Positions 22,852-37,500 are shown, numbered from the whole stretch's first letter. The stretch: 63,947 nucleotides of DNA, filler included, from Psammoneis japonica (GCA_008632985.1; 6 parts of 6 records of this genome joined end to end with filler, not necessarily neighbours in it), one strand, 5' to 3'. Translations and numbers: made by a program. Notes: a model not told the origin generated them from the letters alone.

Positions 22852-25800
22852 GACAAACAATGCCACCCATCTCTCTCCAATCCAAAAGTTCCTGCAAGCG
22901 GGGTGACCATGAAAGAGGGTCCAACCAACTCGTTGCCTTCTGCTGATGTTCCTCTTTCACATGCATCATTTGCTGACCTTCTTTTGGGCTCAATGAAGGC
23001 TGGTGCTCCAGATCCCAAGACGATTCCAGATGATGACCGTGACACTCCCGATCAGGGGAGGGAACCAGATCCCTGCAAACAAGACACTGATGTCCCTTTG
23101 TCCACTGATCAAGACCAAGAATTTGAGTGCCTTGATGTGACCAGCAACCAGCATTTGTCACCCCTCAGTGCCGTGTGCATCTCTCTGATTTTTTCTCCCC
23201 CAGAATCACCTGCAACCTTTGCATCCTCAGCTGCTCCTGTTGTCCCCATCAACCGTGTGCTTCATGATTCGACGATGTGTTGTGCACAGATTGACGCTGG
23301 TGCTTGGGCATCCTGTGCAGGGAACAAGACCCTCCTTCATGCTTGCACTCCATTTGGACCTGATGACCCTTGTCCTTTGTAGATGCTTCCTGCTGCTGAA
23401 GGCTCTGATGCGGCCCCCTCATGGCTTTGGTTGTTTGCAAGTGCCTGCAGACAATCCTGAAGGGTTCCTTCTTGTGCGCACCTTTCACCATCCAAGCCTG
23501 CACTCCACTTTGATTTATGAACGTGATTTTGCGCGGGCTTCTGGGTTTGGGGGTGGTCGGTTGCCACTTGTTTGCATGATTTTTCCTGAATTTCACCGTG
23601 CTTCACCGTGGTGAAAATAACAAGCCATGAGTCTGTGACGGAGGTGGCCCATCTGCCAACTCTCATTTGTTTTGTGTTTGTTGTGTGTCAAAGATCATTG
23701 TGCATGCATGAAAAGTTGGTAGACAGCAAACTGCGTTTTTGAGAAATGTCAATGATTGTCATCATTGATGCGCTCCAGGTCTGGGTGGGACCTTGCACTG
23801 CTGAACTGTGACATGGACAGTTTTTTGAATCACATCGCATGTCGCGCACGCAGATTTCTACGTGATTTTTTTGATGTTTTGTGTCATCTCACGGTGCACT
23901 TGTTGAGCGATCCGTCCAACAACTTTTGACATTTGCTTGTTGCAGCGCGATTCTATGATGTCTTAAGAATTGTGCAGGGCAGGCACGTTTGCAAAAACGT
24001 CGAGTGGCAAGAGGCACTGTTGCACCACAAACTTGGCCGTTCATTTGATGTTGAAGACAAATGTGTTCATTGGTTGAATTCTCGCACTTCGGAGCTCGCA
24101 CGTGGGATTCTACGGGCCCAATGTCACACGGAGTCTCACCTGGGGCTGGAACACGTCCATTGTGTGCTTCAATCGTGGTGCTGATGGTTCTCGTTTTCGT
24201 GCGCAATCAGGAACACTGACGAAAATGTCGCCAAAATGGAAAACTGAGACATTTTGCATTGTCTTGCGACAATCAAGAAACAATGCATTCTCTTTAGCTC
24301 GGCGGATCTACATGCATGCTGGAACAATCGTTCATTGCCAGTTTGATGAGACATTTCGACAATGTCGCCAAAATCGCCAGTGGCACTCGAGCAACTGGTC
24401 AATGCAACATGATGCAAATTAACACATGATGAGTTTTAGCAAGGAAGACACATGGAGACAATGTGAGACAAAGTGAGACAAATTGAGACAAAGTGGGGTG
24501 ACTGTGAACAATTCTTGCATTCAAAAATGAACACTGTGAAAAACCTTGTTCAAGTGCAATGGCAATTTTGGGACAAACGCGGGGATGACCCCCCTTGAAC
24601 CTCAGGCTGTTCGATTGGAGCTCCTTGGGACTTGCCAACCACAGCTTTGCAGCACCTGGTGCAAATCCTGCTGTGACAGTCAGCTCGTCACCAGTCAGTC
24701 CCGGGAAGAATGGAAATGCTGCCACAAGTTGCAGTCGTGATCACACAGGTCATGCACTGAAAAGACTCAATGGCAAGTTCAACACCATGACCTGCGCAGG
24801 CCATGCATGCTGTGATCATCAGGTTGTTTGCTGACTGTGGTCAATGCCAGAACCTGCGTGGATTCCATGTGCTGTGACAAATGGACAAACTTGAGGCGGA
24901 ACACAGCTTTAATTGTGAATCGTCTGATGCATGTCAGTGCGCAGTTTTTCACGTCAATGTTCAACAAACTCCATCTGACCCCTCACTGATGGACACTGAG
25001 TTGTTCTTGATGCAGTGTGATTCGACCGCCCATGTCTTGCTGCCGCTGTCTGCCCCTGCTCTGGTCCGCTCTCTCAAGGTTGAGACTGAACGTCTTCTGT
25101 GGCATCAATGACTTGGACATCCCAGCAACCACCACTTGTGCAATGCTCACAGGCACATCAAGGGCATTCCAAAGTTCTGACATGCCAATCCAGTCCTTGA
25201 CATTTGTCCTGCATGTGTCCAAGCCAAGCAAGTCAAGACTCCTGCTGGACCCAATGCAACTCAAAAGGCAACTCGACTGCCTCACTCGCACCAAGCTTCG
25301 TAAACTTGACACATGGCCTGAATGGGAAGAAGGCAAGCAGTGCCAGTTGGGCCAATTTTGTGCTCTTGGCATGCATGGCCCTCCCCAACCACATCCCCCT
25401 GGAGTGAATGTCATGCACCCGCATTGGGATTGCATGGTGAAGCCGTGTGGACAACATCATTCTCGGCAATGTGGGGATGGATCCAAGTTGGCAATGCCAG
25501 CTTTGCATGAGCTGACTTCCACCCATTCGTCGTGTGTGGAACGCTCCATCAAAAAGATGTTCTTTGCTCTCAGTGCAGCCACATTGTGTCGTGTCTTTGG
25601 AGGTGATGCTCGGGATGCCTGTGCTCATTCTCCTGGCCCTTCACAGCCGGTTTTTGTTGCCATTGATGATTTCTTCCGCTCAAGCATGCTCTTCAAGGCC
25701 ATCCTGAAGCTGGTGTTCTCTGGGAAAAGCGCGTCAATTTGATCCTCAAGGGTGCAAAACTTCTTTTCCGCAACACTGCTCATGACAAGTGCATCCACTC

Positions 25801-25915
25801 TGGTGAACATGATGGTGTCAAGGTCCTTCTGCTCTGTCAGGTCGATGATTTTGCACTTGCTTGTCCCTCCAAAAAGATTGCAAAAGAGATCTGCGACCAT
25901 GTTGGTGTCACAAAT
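22852..25915 (+). mobile_element. Internally deleted fragments of a second Ty1/Copia element
   Basis: Protease-like AQIDAGAWASC, GAG-pre-integrase LLWHQ*LGHP, RT STHSSCVE..GGDARDACAHSP and HDKCIH..LLLCQVDDFALAC. Confidence 0.8.
23767..24157 (-). mobile_element. MITE copy 2 (diverged interior, same TIRs)
   Basis: TIRs gatgcgctccag..ggtgggac / gtctcacc..ctggaacacgtc; 4-bp TSD catt/catt. Confidence 0.85.
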
Positions 25916-27374
25916 GCGTGCGATCGTACGGTTTTGTTGGTCCGTCCATCGAACGATTTTCGATTTCAGCTCTGGCACTTTTTTTTCCCGCGAAAGTGGT
26001 GGCGTCTGCGCACACTTCTACGCAGTGCACACTGGAAATTGATGCCAACAAATCACTTTTAGAGAAACGCTCCATGGCGTTGTCGACCCCTGCTCCTGCC
26101 TCACGCTGAAGTTTTCCTGCCTGTCCTTGGCATTGCAGCTCTTCTTTTTGTTGCAGTGGCCATCAATGTGAGTGGGCATGAAGAAGAAAGGGAGCCATTT
26201 GGGGAAGAAGACCTAGAGCCGCTTGAGCGCAATGAGGCGCTGCCGCCAAGCATGACAGAACCGAAACATTTGAAGGTCGCCTGACACCACAAGACACTTC
26301 ACACGGAGGCTGATGTGCCGGGCGCTCTAAAGGACATGAGCGCTGCTGAGTGGAAGAATCAGAAATTTTTGCGAGAGAGCTTCAAAGTGCCAAAGAGCAG
26401 AAGGCAGCGGAAAGATCAACAAACACATCATGCTTTTCCAATTTGCCTCATTTTGTTTGGTCCTGCAAGCTCAGACTTGTGCCATCGAATGACAGCAGCA
26501 AATTGGTGGTTGAATCTGTCGAAAGAAGAGCAAAAGGAAGCTTGGGAAAGGTTGAGGAGGCAGTTTGTAACTCCGTCAAAATCTGCAGACCTGAACTGTC
26601 AGTGCGATGCAGCCAAAGTGCATTGGGGTTTTCAACTCAGATGACGTTCGAAAGAGGAAAGTTGAAGAATCCGGATCGCACGAGAAGCTTCATGGAACAG
26701 CAAAGCATTCCAAACATTCTGACATGCCCAGATCCAACGTGCAGCTTCGAGATCAAGCTGCACGACACCCAGAGGCCTTGGCTTGTCATCACCTGAAGGT
26801 CGCCATGGATCGTTCTCAAGTCACTGCCGAGAATGAATCATTGGTTGATGGTGGGTGTGAACCATGCATGATGACATGCTCAACTGTGCATGCCCCTGAA
26901 AAGTCTGGAAGGCTGTGCTTGAACAAACGTTCCATTCCAAAAGTCAGTCTCCGCTCTCGTGATCGCGATGCTTTGGTTGCGCAGTTTGGGCCGGCAGTCG
27001 CGGCGTTGAAAAACAATGGCTCAGTTCAAAGCACAGATGATCTCACTCCAGATTTGATTGTTGAGAGCCTTGAAAAATCACAGAACTGCAAACTCAGCTG
27101 CGTGTCAGATGCCAAGAATTGGACCCCCAACCTCTGTCTGGATGGGCAACGTTCCCATCGCAAGTCGCTGCTGGAGAAAAGGGTGCTCCCTTCAGCATCT
27201 GACGACAGTGGCACTGCTGCCATCTTTGAAGATGATGAATCTGGCAGTGATGATGATGGTTGTGATTTGCATTGATTTGCACAACCAACTCAACAATTGA
27301 AATTCTGGTGCCTTGCAACGACCTGCATCTGCGGTGTGATGAATGCCCACCGCCAGTTCCGGTGGGCCCCAGCA

Positions 27375-28489
27375 GGAACCTGTCAGTTGTCGGACTGACA
27401 TTGTTGTTCGCAGCGCTGTGTGGGCTGTGCTGGAAAATCGAGTCATTGTGACCGCGACAATTTTGGCGGTTGTGTAGAAGCCGCGTGGGAACTTGGCACA
27501 CGGTTGGGAACCAACATTTGAATTTTGTCTCATTCCAACCGTCGGAACCAGCGCAGGCGATTTTGACAAATTCGGCCGACTCCCGACATAGAGCCATGCA
27601 GGCATGTGCCACTGTTCCGGGAACCGGCCGTCGCGTTCCCGGAGTGAGCGATGCACATGATGTGGCACTGGAGGGTCATTTCTGACTCGCAGAAATCTGC
27701 ATGTTGTCTGGCATTGAAACTCAAAAAGTGCTCTCAACCCAACGGTGGTTCCTGCACATGCTGGCTACGACAATGTTGTGCAGGTCTCTGGCATGTGACG
27801 TCACAGAGTTCAATCGTGTTTGAATGCCGCAAACCAAATGCTGACTGTGAAAAAGCATGTGCAAATGAACAAACACACAAATGGAACCGCCCAATTAAAA
27901 CAAATGTACATCCACATGTGTGTGCAACACACACATGTGTGTACAAAGCAAACCCACGAAACGACACCGCCATCGAGAGGCCGTCACCATCAACCATGGC
28001 GTCTTCCAGCGGTCCCACACGAAGAACACATCACCAGGATCACTCAACAGAGATCCATGCCAATGCATTTTGTTGGTCTCTGTGTTGCGTCAGTCCTCTA
28101 ACTGATGCGTTCCTGTGGAAACCGGTCAGTCACGTGGATGCGTCCTCACCTTCGGGTGAGCTTTGGCGTCGGGGACCTCCGCCTCAGCGCACCCTCAGGT
28201 TCGGCCGCTCCGGCCTCCGTGGAATTTGTGTGTGTGGGAGAACTGGTGCTCAGCCTGCCGGCTTCGTGACTGGCTCCGATGACCTCAGCTGACGCTTCGG
28301 TCATTCCCGCACAGAACCCATCAGTCATCGGACTGACATCATTGTTCGTAGCGCTGTGTAGACTGTGCATGGAAACTCGAGTCATTGTGACCGAAACCAC
28401 TTTGGCGGTTGTGTAGAGCCCCACGTGGGAACTTGGCACATGGTTGGGAACCAATGTTTGAATTTTGTCTCGTTCCAACCGTCGGAACC
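27375..28489. repeat. ~175-bp direct repeat pair (27375-27549 and 28314-28489) in an unclassified TpA-depleted repeat
   Basis: Direct alignment; the second copy is interrupted by the Gypsy LTR. Confidence 0.75.
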
Positions 28490-31400
28490 TGCAGTGTCTC
28501 GCACCCTGTTTTTCTGATGTGTGGCATTGATGAATCCATCAGACACAACGGAAGCCGTTGTAACGGGCTTCGCTGAAAGCGACCCTCATTACCTCGGTCT
28601 TTCGCTCACAATTTTGTTGTCACCAAAGTCTTTATCTCGTTAGACCTTGCACTGTAATTACAGTCGATTCAAAGAACTGGATGGAGACTGGGAACAATGC
28701 AAACAAATTGACTAAACGTGAGAAAAGAGAACTGCGCGCAAGAGCAGCAGTTTGGGCTGTTGAGCACCAGAAACAAGTGCAACAGCGTAAATGACACGAG
28801 CAGAATTTGGCGAGCCGAGTGCATCATTTGGAGTCAAAGGCAGAGTCCCTGGAAAGGACTGTTGAACAATTGCACTCCCTTTTTCATGATGAGTGAATCG
28901 TTGAAGGAGCCTTGCATTGGCTGTGAAGCTAAATTTGAGCATTCTGACTTGGAGGACGTGAAATTGACCCAATTGCATGATGACGGCAGCACTCGTACAA
29001 AAAAGTGTCCGCGTTTTGATGGCACTCATGGCATTGAAGCATTGTCATTCGTTGAGGATTGTTTTTGTAAAATTGCTGTGAAACTGGAGCACACTGCTGG
29101 CGAGGAGTTGTTCAAAAATTTCGAGGAAGTGCTTGCGGACACGGCAGAGGACAAATGGGCGAATTTGACCAATGCAATTGACGATGCCGACAAAACTGTC
29201 GAGCGTTTTGATCAGGAAATCAATCGTTTTTACTTGTCTCATTGTGACAATGAAGCGCGTGATGCGATGATTGAACATTTGCCAACTTTGAAAAAACCAT
29301 TCAAATCTGAAGTGCAGGCGCGTGCGGATTGCATGGAAACCTTGATTCGGTGCTCCAACAAACTTCCGGGAAATGCTCCTCAAGTCAACGAAGCTCAGAA
29401 GAAAAAGATGACATTCGACAGCTTCCCTCGTCCGTGGCATGAGATGCATGCTCGAGCAGGACGAGCGACAGTGAACGACACTCTCGCTGAGATCATCAGT
29501 CACATGAACAACGAGAAATCTTTTGCTGACAAGAGCAGCAACAAGAAACAGGACAAGAAGAGGAAAGGCAATGGTGCTTCGTCTCAAGCTTCAAGACGCT
29601 CTCGTGGCAACAGTGGCAGAACAGATCCAGAATCTAGATGCCCGGTGCACACGAATCACGACCACAAGTGGAAGGACTGTGTTTTGAATCCAGAAAGCCA
29701 AAACTGTTGGCCGAGGTCAGACCGTGGTGGTCGTGGCGGAGGCCGTGGTGGAGGCCGAGGAAACTGCCAAGGCAGAGGACCCCAAGGTCGAGGCGGTCAT
29801 GGCAACTTCCAAGGTCGAGGACATGGCAATTGTGGCAATCAAGGAGGATGTGGAGGCCGAGGTTACGGCAATTATGACAACTCCCAGAATTCTCAAGGGA
29901 GTGGATCCTGTTGTCAAAATCAAAACGGCACCCAAGCCAACGGTGACACCCAAGGCTGTGGAAATCCGGCTGGAGCAGCTCCTCCTGGTGGCTGGCAAAT
30001 GGAGTCACACCATTTTGATCAAGGAGGGCCTCGTGAGATGCGAGGTGGAAATGGATGCGATCAGAACGGTCGCACCCATCAAGGCCAACGAAGTTGGCGT
30101 AATTGACAAGGGACGGAAGTGCCCGAGTCAGAGCGTGTCGCTCAATCTTTTTATGTTTCGTGTGATTGTGAAGAAAACACATGTTTTAATGTTGATGACA
30201 ATGTGGGAGACCTGATGGAATCTTGTGCTGTGAATGAAGAAAAATTGGGCGGCGTTTTGGAGCACGCTGTGCCAACCCCTAAAACTGCAACTCCTGAACC
30301 ATTGAATGTGGTGCCAATGACGTTGATGGCGGTGCATGCCATTCAAAATCAAGAGAGCAAGCAAGTGTTGCGCATGTCATTGGATTCAGGAGGTGCCAAC
30401 ACTCTTGTTCATTCTCGAGTTTTGCCGAAGGGAGCGAATCCGACCATGAACGATGAAGGCTTTCAGACGGCAGCCGGACGATGTGAATCCTCCCGATGCG
30501 TTGTTATGAAGGACTTGACATTGCCAGAATTTGACAAGTCAAAACAAGTCGACAGCATTGCGGCTCAAGTTTTTGACACCCCATGCAAGTGTGGTGTAAT
30601 TTTGGGACAAGACTTTTTGTCGAAGGCCGGAATCGTGCTTGATTTTCGATTTGGAATGACAAAGTGGTTGGGAACGTCGATCCCAATGAAGCAATCCAAT
30701 CATTGGAACTCAGTTCAGAATTGGTTGGACACACTGGAAGACGATGGAGAGGACGGAGACGATGAGGAAGCCTTTGGACAATCTTTTGTGATGGACGCCA
30801 AATGTGAGAAAGTGTCATCCGTGAAAGTGGCGCAAGCTCAAACTCACCCAACTCAAGAACAACGTGATGAGCTGCAGGCAGTGCTTGAAAAGCATGAAAC
30901 CCTCTTTGATGGAATGCTTGGCAAACATCCGCATGAGACTGTTCATTTGGAAGTTGATCCTGACGCTGTCCCCTTCCATTCTAAGGCTTGCGAAGCATCC
31001 AAGAGGGATGAAGCCGTCCCCAAGAAAGAACTGCAGCATTTGTGTGATTTTGGCGTGCTGGAACCAGTGGGACCAACTGAATGGGCAGCCGGAACTTTTG
31101 CAACTCCCAAAAAGGATGGACGAGTTCAATGGGAATCCGATTTTTGAGAGTTGAACAAGGTGCTCAAGCGAAAGGTCTGTCCTCTGCCGATCATTCAAGA
31201 CGTCATTCACCGACGCTCGGGACACAAGCACTTGACCAAATTGGACCTCACCATGTTTTATTGTCATGTCGAACTTGACGAAGAATCCAAGGATTTGTGT
31301 GCCATCGTCACTCCGTTTGGAAAATTTCGACACTGTCGATTGGCCATGGGTTTGAAAACCTCTCCCGACATTGCTCAAGCCATCATTGAAAAAGTGGCAA

Positions 31401-33807
31401 ACGGAATCGATGTTGAAACTTACATCGATGATGTTGCTCAATTTGATGATTCGTTTGATGCTCACATGCATCGACTCGATGAGCTGTCATCCAGACTAGA
31501 AAAGAACAACTTGAAAATTAACCCACTCAAGTGCGAATGGTGTGTCCAAGAGACGGATTTTTTAGGCCATTGGCTCACACCTGCAGGAGTCCGACCGTGG
31601 AAGAAGAAAGTGGAAGCGGTGCTGCGAATGCAACCACCTAAAACTGTGACGCAACTACGATCGTTTGTCGGTGCGGCAACTCATTGTCGCAACATGTGGC
31701 CTCGTCGCTCACACGTGCTCACTCCACTCACGAAGTTAACAGGCAAGAGCAAGTTGGAATGGACCCCTGAATGTCAACGAGCCTTTGAAGACATGAAAAC
31801 CTTGATGCTGGACGACACCCTTTGGGTCTACCCGGATCATGACAAGCCATTCCACATTTGTGCTGACTCTTCGGACTATCAGATGGGAGCCGTAATTGTG
31901 CAAGACGGGAAACCAGTGGCTTGCTGGTCCCGAAAACTCAGCGCAGCACAACAGAACCACTCTACGATTGAAAAGGAATTGTTGGCGGTGGCAATGTGTT
32001 TCAAAGAATTTCGGAGCATGTTGTTCGGAGCTGACTGCACTGTTTTTACGGATCATAAAAATCTCACCTTTCGCACGCTCAATTCTCAACGAGTTCTTAG
32101 GTGGCGACTCTTCTTGGAAGATTTTGCCCCAACTTTCGAATGCGTTGATGGCAAAGATGACCTCTTGGCGGATTGTTTTTCAAGATTGCCGCATGTGGAC
32201 CCTCCTGCGGAAGGGAAGTGTGCTCCTGACAAGGGCAAACTGATTGATTTTAAGGCGATCGACCCTGCCATGCTGCCGCATGAAGAAGAACTGGACGACC
32301 AAAACCGTGTGTCTCATTTTTCCTGTCGTCGTGAAGAACCATCTCCATTTTACTCTTCTGTCATGGACGACCCCGAATTGTGTGAATCATTTTTGAACTG
32401 TCCTTCTCTTGAGGAAATGCAAAACCCCACAACTGTGCAACGAATTCAAGAATGCCAATTCATCGACGTGGAGCTGAACAACATGCGACAACAACACCCA
32501 GAACGCTTCGTGGTGGAACATGTGAATCAGCATCCTGTAATTTGTTGTCGTGCTCGACCGAATGATCCTCCGACTGCATGGAAAATTTGTGTTCCAACGG
32601 CGTTGCTGCATGACATCATACGATGGCATCACAGGATTTTGGGACATGCAGGAGTGCACCGAATGCATTCCACTGTTGGCGCACATTTCTGTCATCCTGC
32701 CCTTCGTCAATCCTGTGAAGGATTTAATTGTGCTGATTGTCAACGTTTGAAAACTTTAGGCCCTGGATGTGGGGACCTGCCTGAACGAGAAGCGCCTTTG
32801 TTGCCATGGACGGAAGTTGCGGTTGATCTCATCGGTCCCTGGAAGATTGAAATTCAAAACCATGAAATCGAATTCAACGCTTTGACTTGCATTGATGCCG
32901 TTTCAAATGTGACTGAACTCATTCGCATCGAAAACAAAACCTTGTCTCACATTGCCCAACAATTTGAAAATTGTTGGTTGTCTCGTCATCCTCGTCCCAA
33001 CCGTTGCATCCATGACAATGGTGGAGAATTCGTTGGAGAGGACTTCCAATTGCTGTTGCAACAAGCGGGAGTGGAAGACGCTCCGACTGCGTCGCGAAAT
33101 CCACAAGCCAATGCGGCATGCGAGCGTGTGCATCAAACTGTTGGAAACATCTCACGCACTTTGCTTCATGTTCATCCTCCACAGAATGTTGAGCAGGCTA
33201 ATCAACTGGTGGACAATGCATTGGCAACCGCCATGCATGCAATGCGATGTGCGGTTTCTCGTGCTCTCAAGATTTCACCCGGTGCCATGGTTTTTCAACG
33301 TGACATGATTCTTGACTTGCCGGTCCTAGCCGATCTTGCTGCCATTCAAGAACACCGACAAGCGATTGTCAATGCGAATCTCCGTCGAGCCAACGCTAAA
33401 CGCCGATCCTGCGATTTTCAAGTTGGTGGACACGTTCTACTCAAGTCTGTCGATCCCACCAAGCTCGAACCACGAGCTCACGGTCCATGTCCTGTCGTTC
33501 AAGTGCACGCTAACGGTGCGATTACGGTCCAACGTGCACCTCATGTGACAGAACGATTGAACATTCGTCGCGTCGCACCGTGTCGCACCTGAGGTTGAGG
33601 GTTTTCTCCCCAACATTTGGGTTTCCCTTCTATCCTCATCCATTGGAATTTAAATTTTTGAGTCCCGCATGATTCTCGACACTCGAATCATGGAAGGGAA
33701 GAGTGCAGTGTCTCGCACCTTTTTCTGATGTGGCATCAATGAATCTATTGACATAACGGAAGCCGTTGTGACGGGCTTCGCTGAAAGCGACCTCGTTACC
33801 TCGGTCT
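28490..33807 (+). mobile_element. Ty3/Gypsy LTR retrotransposon, near complete
   Basis: LTRs start tgcagtgtctcgcacc at 28490 and 33704; PPT ggaagggaagag 33692-33703; 3' LTR runs into a gap. Confidence 0.95.
28886..33592 (+). pseudogene. Gypsy gag-pol in a single frame with two in-frame TGA (30104, 31145) and many Tyr->Cys/His changes
   Basis: Zn-knuckle-like CPVH..H.WKDC, protease LDSGG, RT YIDD, RNase H ADSSDYQMG..EKELL, integrase VDLIGP..HDNGGEF..NPQANAACER. Confidence 0.92.
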
Positions 33808-34523
33808 NNNNNNNNNNNNNNNNNNNNNNNNNNNNNNNNNNNNNNNNNNNNTTAATTAATTAANNNNNNNNNNNNNNNNNNNNNNNNNNNNNNNNNNNNN
33901 NNNNNNNGAATTGCTCAGGCTCACCCACACTCGAGCAGCGGGAGTCCATTTGCTCGAGTTGAATCCCAATGGTCGAACCGAGGTGCAATTTGTTGCCTGA
34001 TTTGAATCCAACTCTTCAAATGACATGCCGTCATTCTCTTTTTCTTCAGAAAGACGTTGCTTCTTCCTTGCTCATCATGCTTTGTTGCTGTTGAGTGCAT
34101 CTGGATCGGTGTCGGAAAATTCGGGCAGCATTTCGGCACGATCAAGTGGCGCCCTTCCAAATTTCGTCTCTTGACGGCTCCACTTCGCAGCCACACCTCT
34201 GCAGATTCATTGCCAGTTGCTGGTGGATGAAGGTTTTGATGGGGCTTTCCAACAGTGATGAGAAGAAACATGTGATGTGATCGTTTTCCGCCCTTCTTGA
34301 GGCTGAACAAGTGTCCCGTTTTGTGCAAATTCACTCTGTCAGCAACACAATGTTGTTCTCTTCCGTCAAATTTGAAACCCCGTTGATGCTGCCATGCTGC
34401 TTCTTCAACTCTCCACCCACAATTTGGACTCCCTCATCAATGACATTGAATTTTGCATGTTGCAGAGCTCTGCCCACAGGTCTGCTGGCATCCATTGATT
34501 CCGAGCGAGAGAATCCAGGAACA

Positions 34524-37500
34524 AAACAAAACCCAAAATCTAATTTTAAGTGCTGCTGCACTTCCACCCTGCAACTCCGGCAACAAGCTGACCCACACTC
34601 CCAGTGCACTGGGTGCGGCAGGAGCACACAACAATTGGCCAAGATCGGCATCACCCTCTGGTGATGCCGTGCCAAAGTGGCTTGCGATGGCACGCACAGC
34701 CAGACGCCGGGCCTCTCGAATGCTCGACTCAAACATTGGCTTTACCATGGCGAGCCAGTTTTGGAGTCTGTGGGTGGAATGGGTGAGATGTTCATCTGCC
34801 GAAGCAAACAACTCTGCTCAATCCTGGGCCAAGTGCTCATCTGCCCTCAAGCACATCTCTTTAACCTCCGCCTCTGTGTCCCGTCGTTGCGAAGACTTTC
34901 GTGTCTCTGAGTTGTGTCCGTGCACTGCATCATTGTGGGAGTCCCACAATTCCCACCATTGTGACCACACACAACCACCAACAGTTGCCGCCCAGTCCAA
35001 TCTTTTGTCTTTGTCGGATGGAGAGCAACAAAAGCCGGAAGACTCCAAGTGCGACGTTTGTGCCTCATTCCACAGACAGGAGAAACGCCCACTGAAAATG
35101 TGGCGCCAACCAATGTTGTCTTGAGATTGAAACAGCTCTGTGACGCTGTGATGGACTTGGGTAGAATGGAGCAATTCCTCATTGAACCAACCCTCCAAGG
35201 CATGCAACAACAGGTCTCGTGTGGACGGGGAAGTGTGCATGTCGTCACATTTCTTCCGCAATCCTTGGAGGAACGTGCGCCGCCACGATGCATCATGGGC
35301 GCAACGCAGAATGTGATCCCTGTCTTCAAAGGGATGTTGGCAGTGCACACAACAGTCGGGGCATGTGGGATTGCATCTGTGGACAATCTTGTTCATTGGC
35401 AGCAGATCCTGAACCAATTTCACGGTGCTCACCTTTCGTCTTATGTTGCGAGACATCAGTTTGGAATGAACTTTCCAGTCGATGGATTCGCACACTGGGT
35501 CAGACCATCTGCACTTCTCCTGCATGTGTTGGATCAGAGCTGGGCTGGACACTTCGCAATGGAGAACTGATTTAAATTTCGAGTTCGCCGAAGCCGACTG
35601 GACATTCAGCAGTGCACAACAATGGGGCATTCGGGGAGCCATCAAGGTGTCTCCAGTGTGTTGACCCTGAAACAAACCTGCCAACCCGTTGGCTCTGACA
35701 CTCAACTTTGCTGGGAACGAGAGGGACTCGAACGGAGTGTTGTCATCCTGATGACTTTTAGTCCACTTCATGTCGACAACGTTGCTTTCAAGATGGCCAT
35801 TGCATTGGGCCTCCAAACTTGTCAGTGAAGCAAAGATCTCGTGGACAACGTCCCAATCCGGCGCCAATGTGTTGGCGACATGATTCCGACAATGAAAATC
35901 TTGTTGTCATTGTGAGTCATCGGCATCCAAAGGAAGCGGTGGGGGAGAATGAAAGTTGGCAACGTTGCGCACCAGAGAGGAGTTGTCACAATGGGCAACC
36001 ACACTGTGTGAAAAACAACAGCTGCAAAAGTCCATCACTCGAATGAGAAAGCGGAGAACTGACAAAAATCCGCGTGCTTCTGCACAATGCAAGGACGGTC
36101 GGAATCCAAAGACCGGTCCTGCACAATCCACCAGAATCACTCCGTCAACTGCTGGCGTCCAGCCAAAGGTGCCATTGAAATGCAACACAGACCCATCACT
36201 CCCCACTTCTGCACGGAAGCGCCCAAGGGACTCTGCCACTTCAAATGCCGATGCATGCATGTGAAGCGCACTGAACAGGGTTGACTCCCATGGCAACAAA
36301 GACCGCAGCCATTCGCAGAAGTCACCAAGGATGGGAGTTGTTGGAGGCATCTTCGCTGGGGATGCAGTGGATCTTGCTCGCCATCTGCCATCTAGAGTCG
36401 TGTCCACCATGACAGGTGATGCCAATGGGGATGGATCGGGAACTGTTTCCAACTGCTGAAGTGTTTCAGCACATGCGTCCTTGACTGGAAACACTTGACA
36501 ACCCGCATCAGAGCGGATGCACAAAAACTCTTCGGAGGGCTCGCAACAGGCCGGATGAAGCACACGCATCTTGGAGGCAGGAACGGTCCATTGACCTGAA
36601 GGGGTTTGGAGGATGGAGGCACCTTCGTTGCACAACAGAGCCATCGCCCGGCTCCATTGTTTCCAGGCGCGAGCAGACGGGTGTGCCTGTTCGACTGGAT
36701 TGAGTGACGATGTGCTGCTCACAAGGGAAGTTTGCCCTTTCAACTTGAGCTCATCTAAATGTCGACCATCGGGAAGAGTGACGTCTGAAACAGCAAGCAC
36801 CCGCAGGAACAGCCTGCAACAATTCACCCACCTGATCTCTTTCTCCGAGAAAAGATTAGAATCCAGCACCACATCCATGATGTGTTGATCATTCTCTCGT
36901 TGTGCAGGAAGGACGCCAGTGAAGTCCAGTTCGAAGTGAGCGTCCATGCGGGTGAGAAAGGATCTCATTGACACAAACCATTTGGACTCGGAGTGTGGGA
37001 GTTTTGTGTTGACATCTTGCAGAAAACTTGACCCTGTTCCGAGCTGGAGCTGCATGCATGCCACTGCAATGCGGGACAAAGCATGAGGTTGCCCAGTTCC
37101 GCGCCAGTGTCGAAGGAACTGCAAACATTGAGCGACACCCTGCTCCACGTCAAGAGAACAGAATCCTCCGCCTCCCAAGGTGTGCGGTCCGAACAAAACA
37201 TCCCGCTTGGTGTCACGGTTGTAGCCGCACTTGGCAAATGCAGTTCGCACAGCCTTGCGTTGAATCTCAAGCAATTCCTTTGGCTGAAAATGTGTGTTCG
37301 GAAGGACACACGTGGCAGAGGCCAGGTGGCACGCAAAGCAGTGAGTCCATGCCTCATGACGGTCCAATGGACACGACCGGAGAAACAGAGAAATGTCGTC
37401 ACTTTTTGTTTTTGGTGCTTTGCACTGAGTCTTCTAAGTGCCTGCAGGAGATTTGCAACGGCCCAGTGTCTCATGGGAGGAGCAAGCGGAAAGTTGGGTG

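Noticed and set aside
34530..34660. Structured ncRNA (snRNA- or SRP-like), also at 16140-16460
   Set aside because: No match to RNA families I recognise; its position next to the TSD identifies it as the LINE 3' UTR.
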